A stretch of DNA of 32,000 nucleotides from Candidatus Heimdallarchaeota archaeon. GTDB lineage: Archaea; Asgardarchaeota; Heimdallarchaeia; Heimdallarchaeales; Kariarchaeaceae. Below, in pieces: positions 17,759-26,378 of this stretch (position 1 is its first letter; each line of letters starts with the position of its first letter). Both the position numbers and the translations under genes were made by a program. The notes under the pieces were generated by a model, which saw only the letters and a program-made list of their open reading frames with translations, made no database searches and was not told the DNA's origin. The stretch lies in the NCBI GenBank assembly GCA_030149205.1, contig JASBSB010000004.1, forward strand, positions 180,001 through 212,000, written 5' to 3'.

Positions 17759-19546
17759 TTACCGCTTTCTACTACCAATTGATAAAGTCTCTCTAATTTC
17801 CAATATCTCAGAAACCTGAGTTACATCCTCAGGGACACTCTTGTCATCACGAATTTTTCCAGTGAACCTAGGAAATCTTAACGCAAGTCCACCACCGTTT
17901 TGATCAAAAACTGTATGACGTGGAGATTCTGTGATTTCAGCAGCTGATACTTCGAGAATTATCTTAGGTTTGACCCAAATATCTGCATTAAAGGTACTGA
18001 CCAAATTAGTTGGCTTAGAGGTTAGCCTTAATTCTTCCATCTGTTGTGTAATTGTCGCTAGATTTTCATCTGTTAGACCTGCTCCAAGTCTACAGAAGGT
18101 ATAATATTTTTCTGTGATTTCATCATAAGCTGCCATAAGCAATGTTCCATATGTATTTGCCCGTTTACCCTTTCCATGAAATCCTCCAACAATAACGAGA
18201 TCAAACGTATCAAGTAATCCTTCAACGTAATCTATTTTGTATTTAATCCAATAAAATGAACGTTTACCGGGTTCATAAACAGCTGATGAACTAAGTGACT
18301 TCACCATAATACCCTCCGATTTATCTTCTTTAGATAACAACAGTTGTTCGTCAATTTCTTCAGCAGTAGAAACTTGAATTTGTGTAGCTAATGATAATAA
18401 TTTTGAGTTAGAAATATATTTTTCTAGTGTTTGTCTTCTGACAGACAAGGGTTCATCTATGTAAGATGTCCCATTTATATAAATCAAATCAAACAAAAAT
18501 ACATGTACCTTGATTTCCTTTATTGCTTCATCAATGTTATGTTTTCGTCTTCGATTAGTAAGAATTTGGAAGTTTAAAATTTGTCCTGATTCATAATCAT
18601 ATGCGACTAATTCACCTTCTATTATAAAAGATAAATTAGGGTAATTTTCAATGAGATGTTGAATTACATCTGGGAATTGGTCATTGTATTTTTCTTGATT
18701 CCTGGACCAGATTGTAACATTATTGTCGGATTTATGAATTTGAACTCTATACCCATCAAATTTTTGCTCTACCACAGAGATTCCACCCATTCGACCCATT
18801 ATTTCTTCTCCTGATGACCCTCGTTGAGCTGTCATCACCTGAATTGGAGTACCAATTTTTGGTTTTAGAAAGGGAGTTAAAGAATCCATATCAGAAGCAT
18901 CTAGAACAAGTTGAATAGTTGATCCAATATCACTCGTTATGTGGAAAATCCGTTCAATAAACTGCTTATCAATTTTATCTTTCACTAATTCAGCTGTGGC
19001 GTCAATAAATGTTGATTCCTGAACTCCAAATCTTAATTTACCAACTAATAATCTTAAATAGTATTTTTGTTCTTCAGTGGTAAGTTTGGTTAATATTTTT
19101 CGTAAGATTGAAATTTTATCTGATTCAGAACCACTCCCTTCTGTTTGAGATAGGTCAACAAGTGATTCCCAAATTTGAGAAACTGTGAGTTCAACTGAAT
19201 CTGGAGGAGACTCATCAAAAAAATTATCTAAACTTCCTTGTGATCCTTGTTTATCAATTTGAGTGACTAAATCTCCAATATCTCCAATTTCATTGAATTT
19301 ATTCTGTAACACTTCTATTGGGACTCCATTTATTGAGGATAATATTTTTAGGGCTAATCTTTCACGAATGCCTAGAACCAATGAATCATAACGTGGCCCC
19401 AATCTTCCAACTGTGATATAAATAGTGTATCTTAACTCATCACCATGAACCTTTCTTAGTAATTCTGCGATGATGTCCCTCATCTCTAATCTTTTTGAGG
19501 TAGATTCAAGTTCACTGTATACCTCACATAGTTGTTTATAATTCAA
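17759..19546 (-). CDS. lig: ATP-dependent DNA ligase, archaeal type
   Basis: Motif I EQKFDGYR, III IIEGEL, IIIa FLFDLIY, IV EGIMVK, V WIKYK and VI LRFPRF..IRDDK. N-terminal DNA-binding domain present (ESTSKRLEM). TTG start with upstream GAGGAG. Confidence 0.97.
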   Translation of the reverse strand: MNYKQLCEVYSELESTSKRLEMRDIIAELLRKVHGDELRYTIYITVGRLGPRYDSLVLGIRERLALKILSSINGVPIEVLQNKFNEIGDIGDLVTQIDKQGSQGSLDNFFDESPPDSVELTVSQIWESLVDLSQTEGSGSESDKISILRKILTKLTTEEQKYYLRLLVGKLRFGVQESTFIDATAELVKDKIDKQFIERIFHITSDIGSTIQLVLDASDMDSLTPFLKPKIGTPIQVMTAQRGSSGEEIMGRMGGISVVEQKFDGYRVQIHKSDNNVTIWSRNQEKYNDQFPDVIQHLIENYPNLSFIIEGELVAYDYESGQILNFQILTNRRRKHNIDEAIKEIKVHVFLFDLIYINGTSYIDEPLSVRRQTLEKYISNSKLLSLATQIQVSTAEEIDEQLLLSKEDKSEGIMVKSLSSSAVYEPGKRSFYWIKYKIDYVEGLLDTFDLVIVGGFHGKGKRANTYGTLLMAAYDEITEKYYTFCRLGAGLTDENLATITQQMEELRLTSKPTNLVSTFNADIWVKPKIILEVSAAEITESPRHTVFDQNGGGLALRFPRFTGKIRDDKSVPEDVTQVSEILEIRETLSIGSRKR

Positions 19547-19682
19547 GCTTAGATTCTCCTCTTAATGTAATTTATAAGATAAACTAACTGATAAATTATG
19601 AAATGATAACTTTTGAATTATTGAGTAAGTAAATTTGATAGTTATGGTTTAATTCTTTTACTTGAAAAATATTGTTCTCTGA

Positions 19683-20768
19683 TTATTCGGATTCTTTGTT
19701 GATGCTGTCTTTGATCTCTTCCAATGTTTTCCCAATGTTATATAGAACCATCAATATTTGATCAAAGCCTTCAATTTGAATATTTTGGAATGATTTTTGT
19801 AATTCTAGATTCCTGGCTTCGTGTAATGCATTTGATAAAAATGCACGTAAAATTCTTGTTGTAACATCCTGAACATCAAAATTATTCATATCCAAATCGT
19901 GAGAAATTTCTGAGACATCAACCTCATCCAGAAATTCATTGATGAGTTTTTGTGAAGTCTTATCAAGAATTTCTTCTTCACTAGAATCGTCCATGAAGTC
20001 ATCATTTTCTTCTAATTGAACCACCCCTATTTTGGGATCGTTACCTGCTTCTATTGGAGGTTTGATTTTGTGTACATCTGTTTCAACAGGATCCTCTTGA
20101 TTTACCAACCACCTAACATACCTTATAAACAGCTCCATATTTGGTTTATATTTCATCCCCACACTTGAATCATTAAGTATTTCATGGGTTCCTATAGCAA
20201 TTAATTTTCCAGACATATTATCTCCACTCCTTACGGCAATCGCTTGAATACCTCCCATAGTTGTGGAAGTGCTTGTCAATAAGATCCGTTGTGGACTGGC
20301 AATAAATGAAACAGTATTAGAAAAGGGATACTCCTCCTCACCAGAATCATTGGGAACTGTCTCTGCTTTCATACCTTTTATGACATTAGGGTCTTCATAG
20401 AAGTTATTTCTTGGGTCAAAAAGCACAGAATCTGTAGTTTGAATTCCAAAATGGTTCAAGATTGAATTTAGGTTTGTTTTGTTTTTAGTGTCTCCACCTG
20501 CACGGCATAACACCAAAAGCGATCCCCCTTCTCTAACATAAGAAATTAATGCATTCACCTCATAAGGTTGATATTTTTTCCCTAAAGGTGAAAGCAAAAT
20601 AAAGAGGTTGTATTTCTCTAAAGTCCTGATTTTAAGGGGGTCCTCTGTTTCAACTGATAACAGATACCCTTTTTGAGTTAATACAGACATCATTAATCTG
20701 TAATATGAGGAAATAAGAGATTCTTGACCTTTAGTTGCATCAATCCCAACAAAAATTGGACGGGTCAC
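19683..20768 (-). CDS. Cytoplasmic GIFT (GldG/IFT52/DUF4350-like) domain protein with acidic, helical C-terminus
   Basis: FILLSP...YEVNALISYVREGGSLLVLCRAGGD...TNLNSILNHFGI and GKLIAIG...D......N...F....RWL fit the GIFT fold pattern. No signal peptide or TM segment. GTG start. Confidence 0.7.
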   Translation of the reverse strand: MTRPIFVGIDATKGQESLISSYYRLMMSVLTQKGYLLSVETEDPLKIRTLEKYNLFILLSPLGKKYQPYEVNALISYVREGGSLLVLCRAGGDTKNKTNLNSILNHFGIQTTDSVLFDPRNNFYEDPNVIKGMKAETVPNDSGEEEYPFSNTVSFIASPQRILLTSTSTTMGGIQAIAVRSGDNMSGKLIAIGTHEILNDSSVGMKYKPNMELFIRYVRWLVNQEDPVETDVHKIKPPIEAGNDPKIGVVQLEENDDFMDDSSEEEILDKTSQKLINEFLDEVDVSEISHDLDMNNFDVQDVTTRILRAFLSNALHEARNLELQKSFQNIQIEGFDQILMVLYNIGKTLEEIKDSINKESE

Positions 20769-20889
20769 AAAATAGAAGTAAACATCTTATTCTTTAATAC
20801 CACTTTTCAAACAAAGACAGAAATCCCAATTTTTTTTGTCTATTCACATCTCAACTTAGAATTCTTAACTAAAGTTTAAATTAATCCAA

Positions 20890-21378
20890 TTGAGAAATTT
20901 GTTCATGAGTCTTCAATCAGCGCCTCCATTGGCTATTTCTTCTTTTATAACCATAGTAATTGGATTCTTCACATTACTCTTAGGATATTATTTTGCTAGA
21001 AATAAAAAAAACTATAGAAGACATTATCAAATCATGATAACCGCTGCTCTTGTTGATTTATTATTTTTAATACAATATGTGATTAGATACCTCACATCGG
21101 GTTCTACTCACTTTAAAGGACCAGCTGATGTTGAACTTTTTATTTATATTCCAATTTTAACAGTACACATAATTACTGCAATAATTGTAATCTTTTTAGT
21201 TGCAAAACAAATATTAGATGGGCTGAAGCATAAACAGGAATCACCCAATCAGGATGTTTATTTTGAAAAACCCTATCGAGCAAAACACAGAGGCTTTGGA
21301 TTTTGGGTTTTTATTCTCTGGTTGCTCTCTTATCTCGGTGGTATCACAATTTTTATCATGTTATATCTCCTATACTAA
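20890..21378 (+). CDS. DUF420 family membrane protein
   Basis: Four TM segments with RRHYQIM, FKGP, ILTVHII and HRGFG..LW pattern. The real start may be the ATG five codons in. Confidence 0.8.
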   Translation: MRNLFMSLQSAPPLAISSFITIVIGFFTLLLGYYFARNKKNYRRHYQIMITAALVDLLFLIQYVIRYLTSGSTHFKGPADVELFIYIPILTVHIITAIIVIFLVAKQILDGLKHKQESPNQDVYFEKPYRAKHRGFGFWVFILWLLSYLGGITIFIMLYLLY

Positions 21379-21485
21379 GTCAAGCCAATGATAGATGATT
21401 TCCAGTTATAAATCCATAAAAGAAGGTAAATTTAAGATTTGATTATGTCTTAAGAGATAAATTTTATTGCACTTTATCCTACCGA

Positions 21486-21956
21486 GTGATAATGTATAAA
21501 ATTGGTATTGCTGATACCACATTTGCAAGGTATGATATGGCAAAAGAGGTTATTAAAACACTAGACAAGTTTTATGGACAGGTGACTTATCAGAGGTACG
21601 TAGTGCCAGGAATTAAAGACCTCCCCGTTGCCTCTTTTATATTGTTCGAGAAATATAACTGTGATCTTGTAATTGCTTTAGGGATGCCTGGCCCAAAGGC
21701 ATATGATAAGGCATCTGCACAAATAGCCAGTGAGGGGTTGATGATGTGTCAACTTAAGTTTGGAAAACATATCCTTGAAGTATTTGTACATGAAGATGAG
21801 GGAAGTACAGATTATGAATTAAAACAGATCATGCAAGATAGATCCATTAAGCATACCTTCAATGCAGTATACTTATTAACAAACCCTCAATGGCTTGTAG
21901 ATAACGCGGGAAGAGGGAAACGACAAGGATTCACTGATGCAAAGGCAATAGAATAA
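21486..21956 (+). CDS. ribC: Riboflavin synthase, archaeal type (lumazine-synthase fold)
   Basis: GIADTTFARYDM, VPGIKDLPVA, ALGMPG, EVFVHEDE and GRGKRQGF. Start probably ATG 21492. Confidence 0.95.
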   Translation: MIMYKIGIADTTFARYDMAKEVIKTLDKFYGQVTYQRYVVPGIKDLPVASFILFEKYNCDLVIALGMPGPKAYDKASAQIASEGLMMCQLKFGKHILEVFVHEDEGSTDYELKQIMQDRSIKHTFNAVYLLTNPQWLVDNAGRGKRQGFTDAKAIE

Positions 21957-21980
21957 TGTAAATTTATCTCAATTACTAAA

Positions 21981-23228
21981 TTATAACCTTAGAACACCAG
22001 CTCTTGGACCCTGCAACAATATATCTTCATAAAACAAATCTAAGTTTGAACCCAATTGTAACTTGGGGAAGAAAAATTTTGTTGCAGTAAAATCATTTCC
22101 TTCAACTAACCCCCATCTACTGAATCCGGAAACTTTCGCTCCACCTAAACTTGCCATGGTTAAGATGTCTCTTGCAGAAAATCCACTTGCATTATCATAA
22201 AAGGCTTTCATTTCTTTCCAAAGAGATATTGAATGCATCATAGCATTATCTGTTCCTAAGCCTATTAATTGAGGGGGTAATCCACTTTCAGCCAGAGCAT
22301 TAAACTCATGAAATTCAGTTTGAGTAAAGGCATTTGATCTCAGACAGATAACTAAACCAACCTCATTTTGTTTCATCTGTTTAAAATCCTCTTCTGTAGC
22401 CAAATTACCATGAATTATAGCTGTAGGATGAAGGTTATTAATAGCCCAATGAACATCGCTTTCCCCCGTTTCTTTCTCCCAGGCTTTAGTTAACTCAGGA
22501 TCTTCCCCTGCATGAATATGAAAAATTCTATGAACTGAATCAGCTGCTTTTCTAATGTTTAATAACACCTCCAAATCATAGGAACGAACATCTCGAATTC
22601 CTAAGCCTGAGAATGTTAATAGCTCTCCGACCTGTTCAAAGTTATCAGGTCTTCCTAAAATTTGAATTGAAGGGACAAAGTTATCAATTACGGTATTTAT
22701 GTCAAACCCATTCTCCCCTACTGTACTATCCCCCAATAGTTCTAATCTGTGTCGATATTTTTCCCATAAACTTGAAACATATGGTGGTGCCTTTCCCAAC
22801 ACCAATTTTTTTGCAAGTTGTACATGATCAAGGTATGCTAGGGATCCATTTAAACCGCCTTCTCTAAAATCGTTGTATGCACGAATTCCAGTTATATTGA
22901 CCTCACGATTGGTGTTCAGTAGATTGACTTTCAATTTTTTTGCATCAAGTTTGTTGAGATACATCATTTTTTTACCCAACGGGCCTATCGTCTCATTTAG
23001 ATTGCCAGAAGGAACCCCTCTTAATCCGTAATCTGCAGCATGTACGTGAGAGTCATAAAACCCTGGGATTAAAATTGACTGCTCTTCAATATCAAACGAA
23101 AGTTCTTGAATATCAATGATTTCCATTTTAGGGTTAATTACCACTTCAACATTTTCTAACACCTCCAAGCTCTTTCCAGTTAAAGCATACTTTGCTTGGA
23201 CATGATAGGTTTGATCGGAGTACAGCAT
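21981..23228 (-). CDS. Metal-dependent amidohydrolase-superfamily enzyme, deaminase-type
   Basis: PGFYDSHVH (HxH), DFREGG, HIHAGE (HxxE), IIHGN and LGTDN. Lies 17 bp downstream of ribH on the same strand. Confidence 0.88.
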   Translation of the reverse strand: MLYSDQTYHVQAKYALTGKSLEVLENVEVVINPKMEIIDIQELSFDIEEQSILIPGFYDSHVHAADYGLRGVPSGNLNETIGPLGKKMMYLNKLDAKKLKVNLLNTNREVNITGIRAYNDFREGGLNGSLAYLDHVQLAKKLVLGKAPPYVSSLWEKYRHRLELLGDSTVGENGFDINTVIDNFVPSIQILGRPDNFEQVGELLTFSGLGIRDVRSYDLEVLLNIRKAADSVHRIFHIHAGEDPELTKAWEKETGESDVHWAINNLHPTAIIHGNLATEEDFKQMKQNEVGLVICLRSNAFTQTEFHEFNALAESGLPPQLIGLGTDNAMMHSISLWKEMKAFYDNASGFSARDILTMASLGGAKVSGFSRWGLVEGNDFTATKFFFPKLQLGSNLDLFYEDILLQGPRAGVLRL

Positions 23229-23245
23229 TTAAGCCCCTACATAAA

Positions 23246-23671
23246 TCATTCTAACTTTTTTAGTTCTTTGAGAAGCTTAACCGCTGCTTCTACTGCTTTA
23301 GTTGCAAAACTCTCAATTCTAGCTTTTGATTGCATCATAGTTAACCCTGGGCCAGAGATACCCAAAGCTACTGGTTTGTTAAATTCCAGGGATAAATCAG
23401 TCACTTTCCTTGCAACCTGTGCGGCGATTAATTCATCATGGTTCGATTCACCTTTAATGATGGTGCCTAAGGTAACGACAGCATCAACAGAATCTAATGA
23501 TAACAGTTTTTTCAAAACAATTGGCATATCATATGCACCAGGGACATGAGCTATCTTCGTAATATTGCACCCTAAAAACTCAGCATGATCCTTAGCACGC
23601 ATCTCCATGAGATAAGTATGGTCATAATTGGTCTGACTAACCAAGAAGGCTAAATTATAAGATTCTTTCAT
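23246..23671 (-). CDS. ribH: 6,7-dimethyl-8-ribityllumazine synthase, archaeal type
   Basis: HAEFLG, VPGAYDMP, DAVVTLG.IIKGESNHDE and KPVALGISGPG..Q...R, closely following methanogen-type RibH. Confidence 0.93.
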   Translation of the reverse strand: MKESYNLAFLVSQTNYDHTYLMEMRAKDHAEFLGCNITKIAHVPGAYDMPIVLKKLLSLDSVDAVVTLGTIIKGESNHDELIAAQVARKVTDLSLEFNKPVALGISGPGLTMMQSKARIESFATKAVEAAVKLLKELKKLE

Positions 23672-23723
23672 CTAAAAACTCAATTTCACATAAATTATAA
23701 AAGATTCACTTAAAGATACAAAA

Positions 23724-23740
23724 TTTACATCACTTGTAAA
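23724..23740. promoter_or_regulatory. Inverted repeat, possible operator between divergent ribH and ABC operon
   Basis: TTTACA-TCACT-TGTAAA, a perfect 6-5-6 inverted repeat in the 85-bp divergent gap. Confidence 0.35.
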
Positions 23741-23756
23741 GTGAAATTTTAATTTA

Positions 23757-24728
23757 TTGAAAAAAGATACAGACACATTGATAATTCGAGCCAGAAATTT
23801 GTCTAAAACCTATTTTTCTGTAACTAGAAAAGTAAATGCTGTTTCTAACCTTAATTTAGATATTGAGAAAGGAGAGATTGTCGGATTATTAGGACCAAAT
23901 GGAGCTGGAAAAACAACTTCAATAAATTTGTTGTCTACCATAATTAAGCCAACTGAAGGAGGAGCAATTGTAAATGGTCGCGATATTCTTTTAGATGATC
24001 TAGAAGTTCGTAGATCTATTGGAATCGTTCCCGATAATCCAGGTTTTTATAAACGACTTACAGCGTCTCAAAATCTAAATTTTTATGGTGCTATTTATGG
24101 TACAGCTAAAGAACTGATTGATGAACGCAAAGAAAAATATCTCAAACAATTTGACCTGCAAGAGGTAGAAAACCAAAAAGTTGGTGGTTTTTCAAAAGGT
24201 ATGAAACAAAAGCTTTCTATTGTCAAAGCACTAATAAATGATCCAGAAATTTTAATCTTTGATGAACCGTGGAGTGGGTTATCCCCTGAGGCGCAAAGAG
24301 AACTGAGGGATTTCCTTCTTGGACTAACTTCAGGTAAAGAAAGAACTGTGATAATCACAACTCATAATTTAAGAATGGCTGAAGAGCTAATTACACGAGC
24401 TGTAATTATCAACCATGGTAGACTTCTCTTGGATAAATCAATAGATGAGTTGAGAAGAGATGGAAAAGCAACCTTAACAATACAACTTGAGTTGAGCAAC
24501 TCTGATCAAAACCAATCAATTATCTCTAAATATGGTGAGGTACTTGATCATGAGGTCAAAGAAAATCGGTCTTATTTTACCTTGAAAATGAAGGACGAAG
24601 AAATTATACCCAACTTGATTGAAACTCTTGTCCATAATAAAATCAAGGTATATAATGTTGCAAGAAGATCAAGTTCTTTGGAAGATGTATACTTTGAAGT
24701 AATTGGTAACCAGGAGGAGTCTGAATAA
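23757..24728 (+). CDS. ABC-2 type exporter ATP-binding subunit
   Basis: GPNGAGKT, FSKGMKQK, ILIFDEP and TTHN, with a C-terminal accessory domain ending SLEDVYF. TTG start. Confidence 0.95.
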   Translation: MKKDTDTLIIRARNLSKTYFSVTRKVNAVSNLNLDIEKGEIVGLLGPNGAGKTTSINLLSTIIKPTEGGAIVNGRDILLDDLEVRRSIGIVPDNPGFYKRLTASQNLNFYGAIYGTAKELIDERKEKYLKQFDLQEVENQKVGGFSKGMKQKLSIVKALINDPEILIFDEPWSGLSPEAQRELRDFLLGLTSGKERTVIITTHNLRMAEELITRAVIINHGRLLLDKSIDELRRDGKATLTIQLELSNSDQNQSIISKYGEVLDHEVKENRSYFTLKMKDEEIIPNLIETLVHNKIKVYNVARRSSSLEDVYFEVIGNQEESE

Positions 24729-25534
24729 TGAATATACAATGGCAAGGTGTACTAGCAATAGTTAAAAAAGACATTCTTGATATGTCCCAATCAAAATATC
24801 TTCTCTTTAGTTTGTTCTTGGTTCCATTGTTGTTTGGGGTACTCTTCCCAGTCATATATTTTTCCCCATACTTATCTGGAGGTTTCCCCTCATCCTCAAA
24901 CCAAAGTTCAATTAATTTTCCGCTAACATCAAATTGGTCTCAGCTAACACCAAACCAACAATCATTTATTCTTCTTGTCGAAATAACCTACTTCTTAATA
25001 TTATTAATGCCAGTAATAATTCCAACCTATCTAGCTGCTGACAGTTTTGTAGGAGAGAAGGATAAAGGAACCTCAGTAAATCTTGTGGCAGCCCCCCTCA
25101 CTGATACAGAAATCTATTTGGGAAAATTATTAGGAGTGGCAATCCCCACAATTACAGCAAGTTTAGCGGGGGATCTTATGTTTTTTGCTTTGACATCTTT
25201 TTATTCTTTGCAGATCCTTGGATTTAATTACGTGCTTAGTTTTAGATTCTTTTATACTATCTTGGTTCTAGCCCCTTTAATGACTTTGGCAGTAATCAAT
25301 CTAATGATTTGGGTATCCACAAAAACAAACTCAACAAGAGATGCTCAGCAATATGGGGGAATTTTAACATTGATAGCTTTTCCCTTTATTGGAACGATCA
25401 TAGCCGTCCCATTGATTTTTGGAGTCGTAGCTCAGGTGATTTTCCTAACTTTATTGTTGATTCTTATAAATTACTTTGCCACTATAATTGGATTAAGGTT
25501 ATTCAATCGAGAAAAATGGATTAGTATGGTCTAA
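24728..25534 (+). CDS. ABC-2 type exporter permease
   Basis: About 6 TM segments and SFVGEKDKGT...APLT..EIYLGK. The start overlaps the ATPase stop (TAATG); AGGAGG at 24712-24717. Confidence 0.9.
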   Translation: MNIQWQGVLAIVKKDILDMSQSKYLLFSLFLVPLLFGVLFPVIYFSPYLSGGFPSSSNQSSINFPLTSNWSQLTPNQQSFILLVEITYFLILLMPVIIPTYLAADSFVGEKDKGTSVNLVAAPLTDTEIYLGKLLGVAIPTITASLAGDLMFFALTSFYSLQILGFNYVLSFRFFYTILVLAPLMTLAVINLMIWVSTKTNSTRDAQQYGGILTLIAFPFIGTIIAVPLIFGVVAQVIFLTLLLILINYFATIIGLRLFNREKWISMV

Positions 25535-25616
25535 GTCACTAAATTTATTTAACTTATCTAATTTTCAGACCTTTGTTATAGTCAATAATTTTAAGTATAG
25601 TTATCTAAATAAAGAT

Positions 25617-26303
25617 GTGTTGTTAAGAGAGGAACTTCTGCTTAATAAGTTAGAACCTAAACAATTCACATTCTATATCAATGTTGCATGTTCCTTGGAT
25701 ACAATAATCGGCAGTCCTTACAAACAGGAGATAATATCAAATATTCATGATTGGAAAGTCGTTCATAACCTTAGAAATGAATCCGTTGCAATTGTGGTTG
25801 GAAGTAACACAATCTTGATTGATAATCCTACTCTGCTTACAAAAGACCAGTACATAGAAAACGAAGAAGTTCATCACCCAGTTCGTGTTGTAATTGACAG
25901 AAGAGGAAGACTTACTGGACGTGAAAACATATTTCAATCGTTAGATAGAGCTCCTCTAGTAATAATTGGAAATAATGACAAAAATAATTTGGACATTGAA
26001 CATCAGAATCTCTATTGTATTGATGTACAAGACACAATACAGAGCACTATCATTCTTGGATTGAAAAAATTTGGGATAAATTCAGGTTTCATAATGATTG
26101 AAGGAGGAGCAACAACAATAACAAATTTTCTTAAAGAAGGTAATATTGCTCGTTTGCGAATTTTCAGATCCACAAAGTTCCTTATTAAAGGGATAAGATT
26201 ATTCCAAGAAGACATCCCCATAAATTTTAAATTGTTAAGCGTTAAAAAATTGGGAGATGGCATTCAGGAGGTCTATCAACCAGTATTGGAATATTCTCCT
26301 TGA
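25617..26303 (+). CDS. arfC: Stand-alone RibD C-terminal domain reductase (ArfC/Rib7-like pyrimidine reductase)
   Basis: NVACSLD, ISN..DW..VHNLR, AIVVGSNTILIDNPTL, PVRVVID, MIEGGAT and KKLGDGI. No N-terminal HAE/PCxxC deaminase domain. Some motifs are divergent. GTG start. Confidence 0.8.
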   Translation: MLLREELLLNKLEPKQFTFYINVACSLDTIIGSPYKQEIISNIHDWKVVHNLRNESVAIVVGSNTILIDNPTLLTKDQYIENEEVHHPVRVVIDRRGRLTGRENIFQSLDRAPLVIIGNNDKNNLDIEHQNLYCIDVQDTIQSTIILGLKKFGINSGFIMIEGGATTITNFLKEGNIARLRIFRSTKFLIKGIRLFQEDIPINFKLLSVKKLGDGIQEVYQPVLEYSP

Positions 26304-26316
26304 TTAGAATTAATTT

Positions 26317-26344
26317 TTTGCGTTTAAGCGGACTTATACGTATT
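26317..26344. other. Candidate dif-like Xer recombination site (11-6-11)
   Basis: TTTGCGTTTAA-GCGGAC-TTATACGTATT in a 75-bp gap between convergent genes. The arms are self-complementary at 7/11 positions and match E. coli dif arms at 7/11 and 6/11. Confidence 0.4.
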
Positions 26345-26378
26345 TAATATGATTCAATATATTATCTGTTTACTATCC

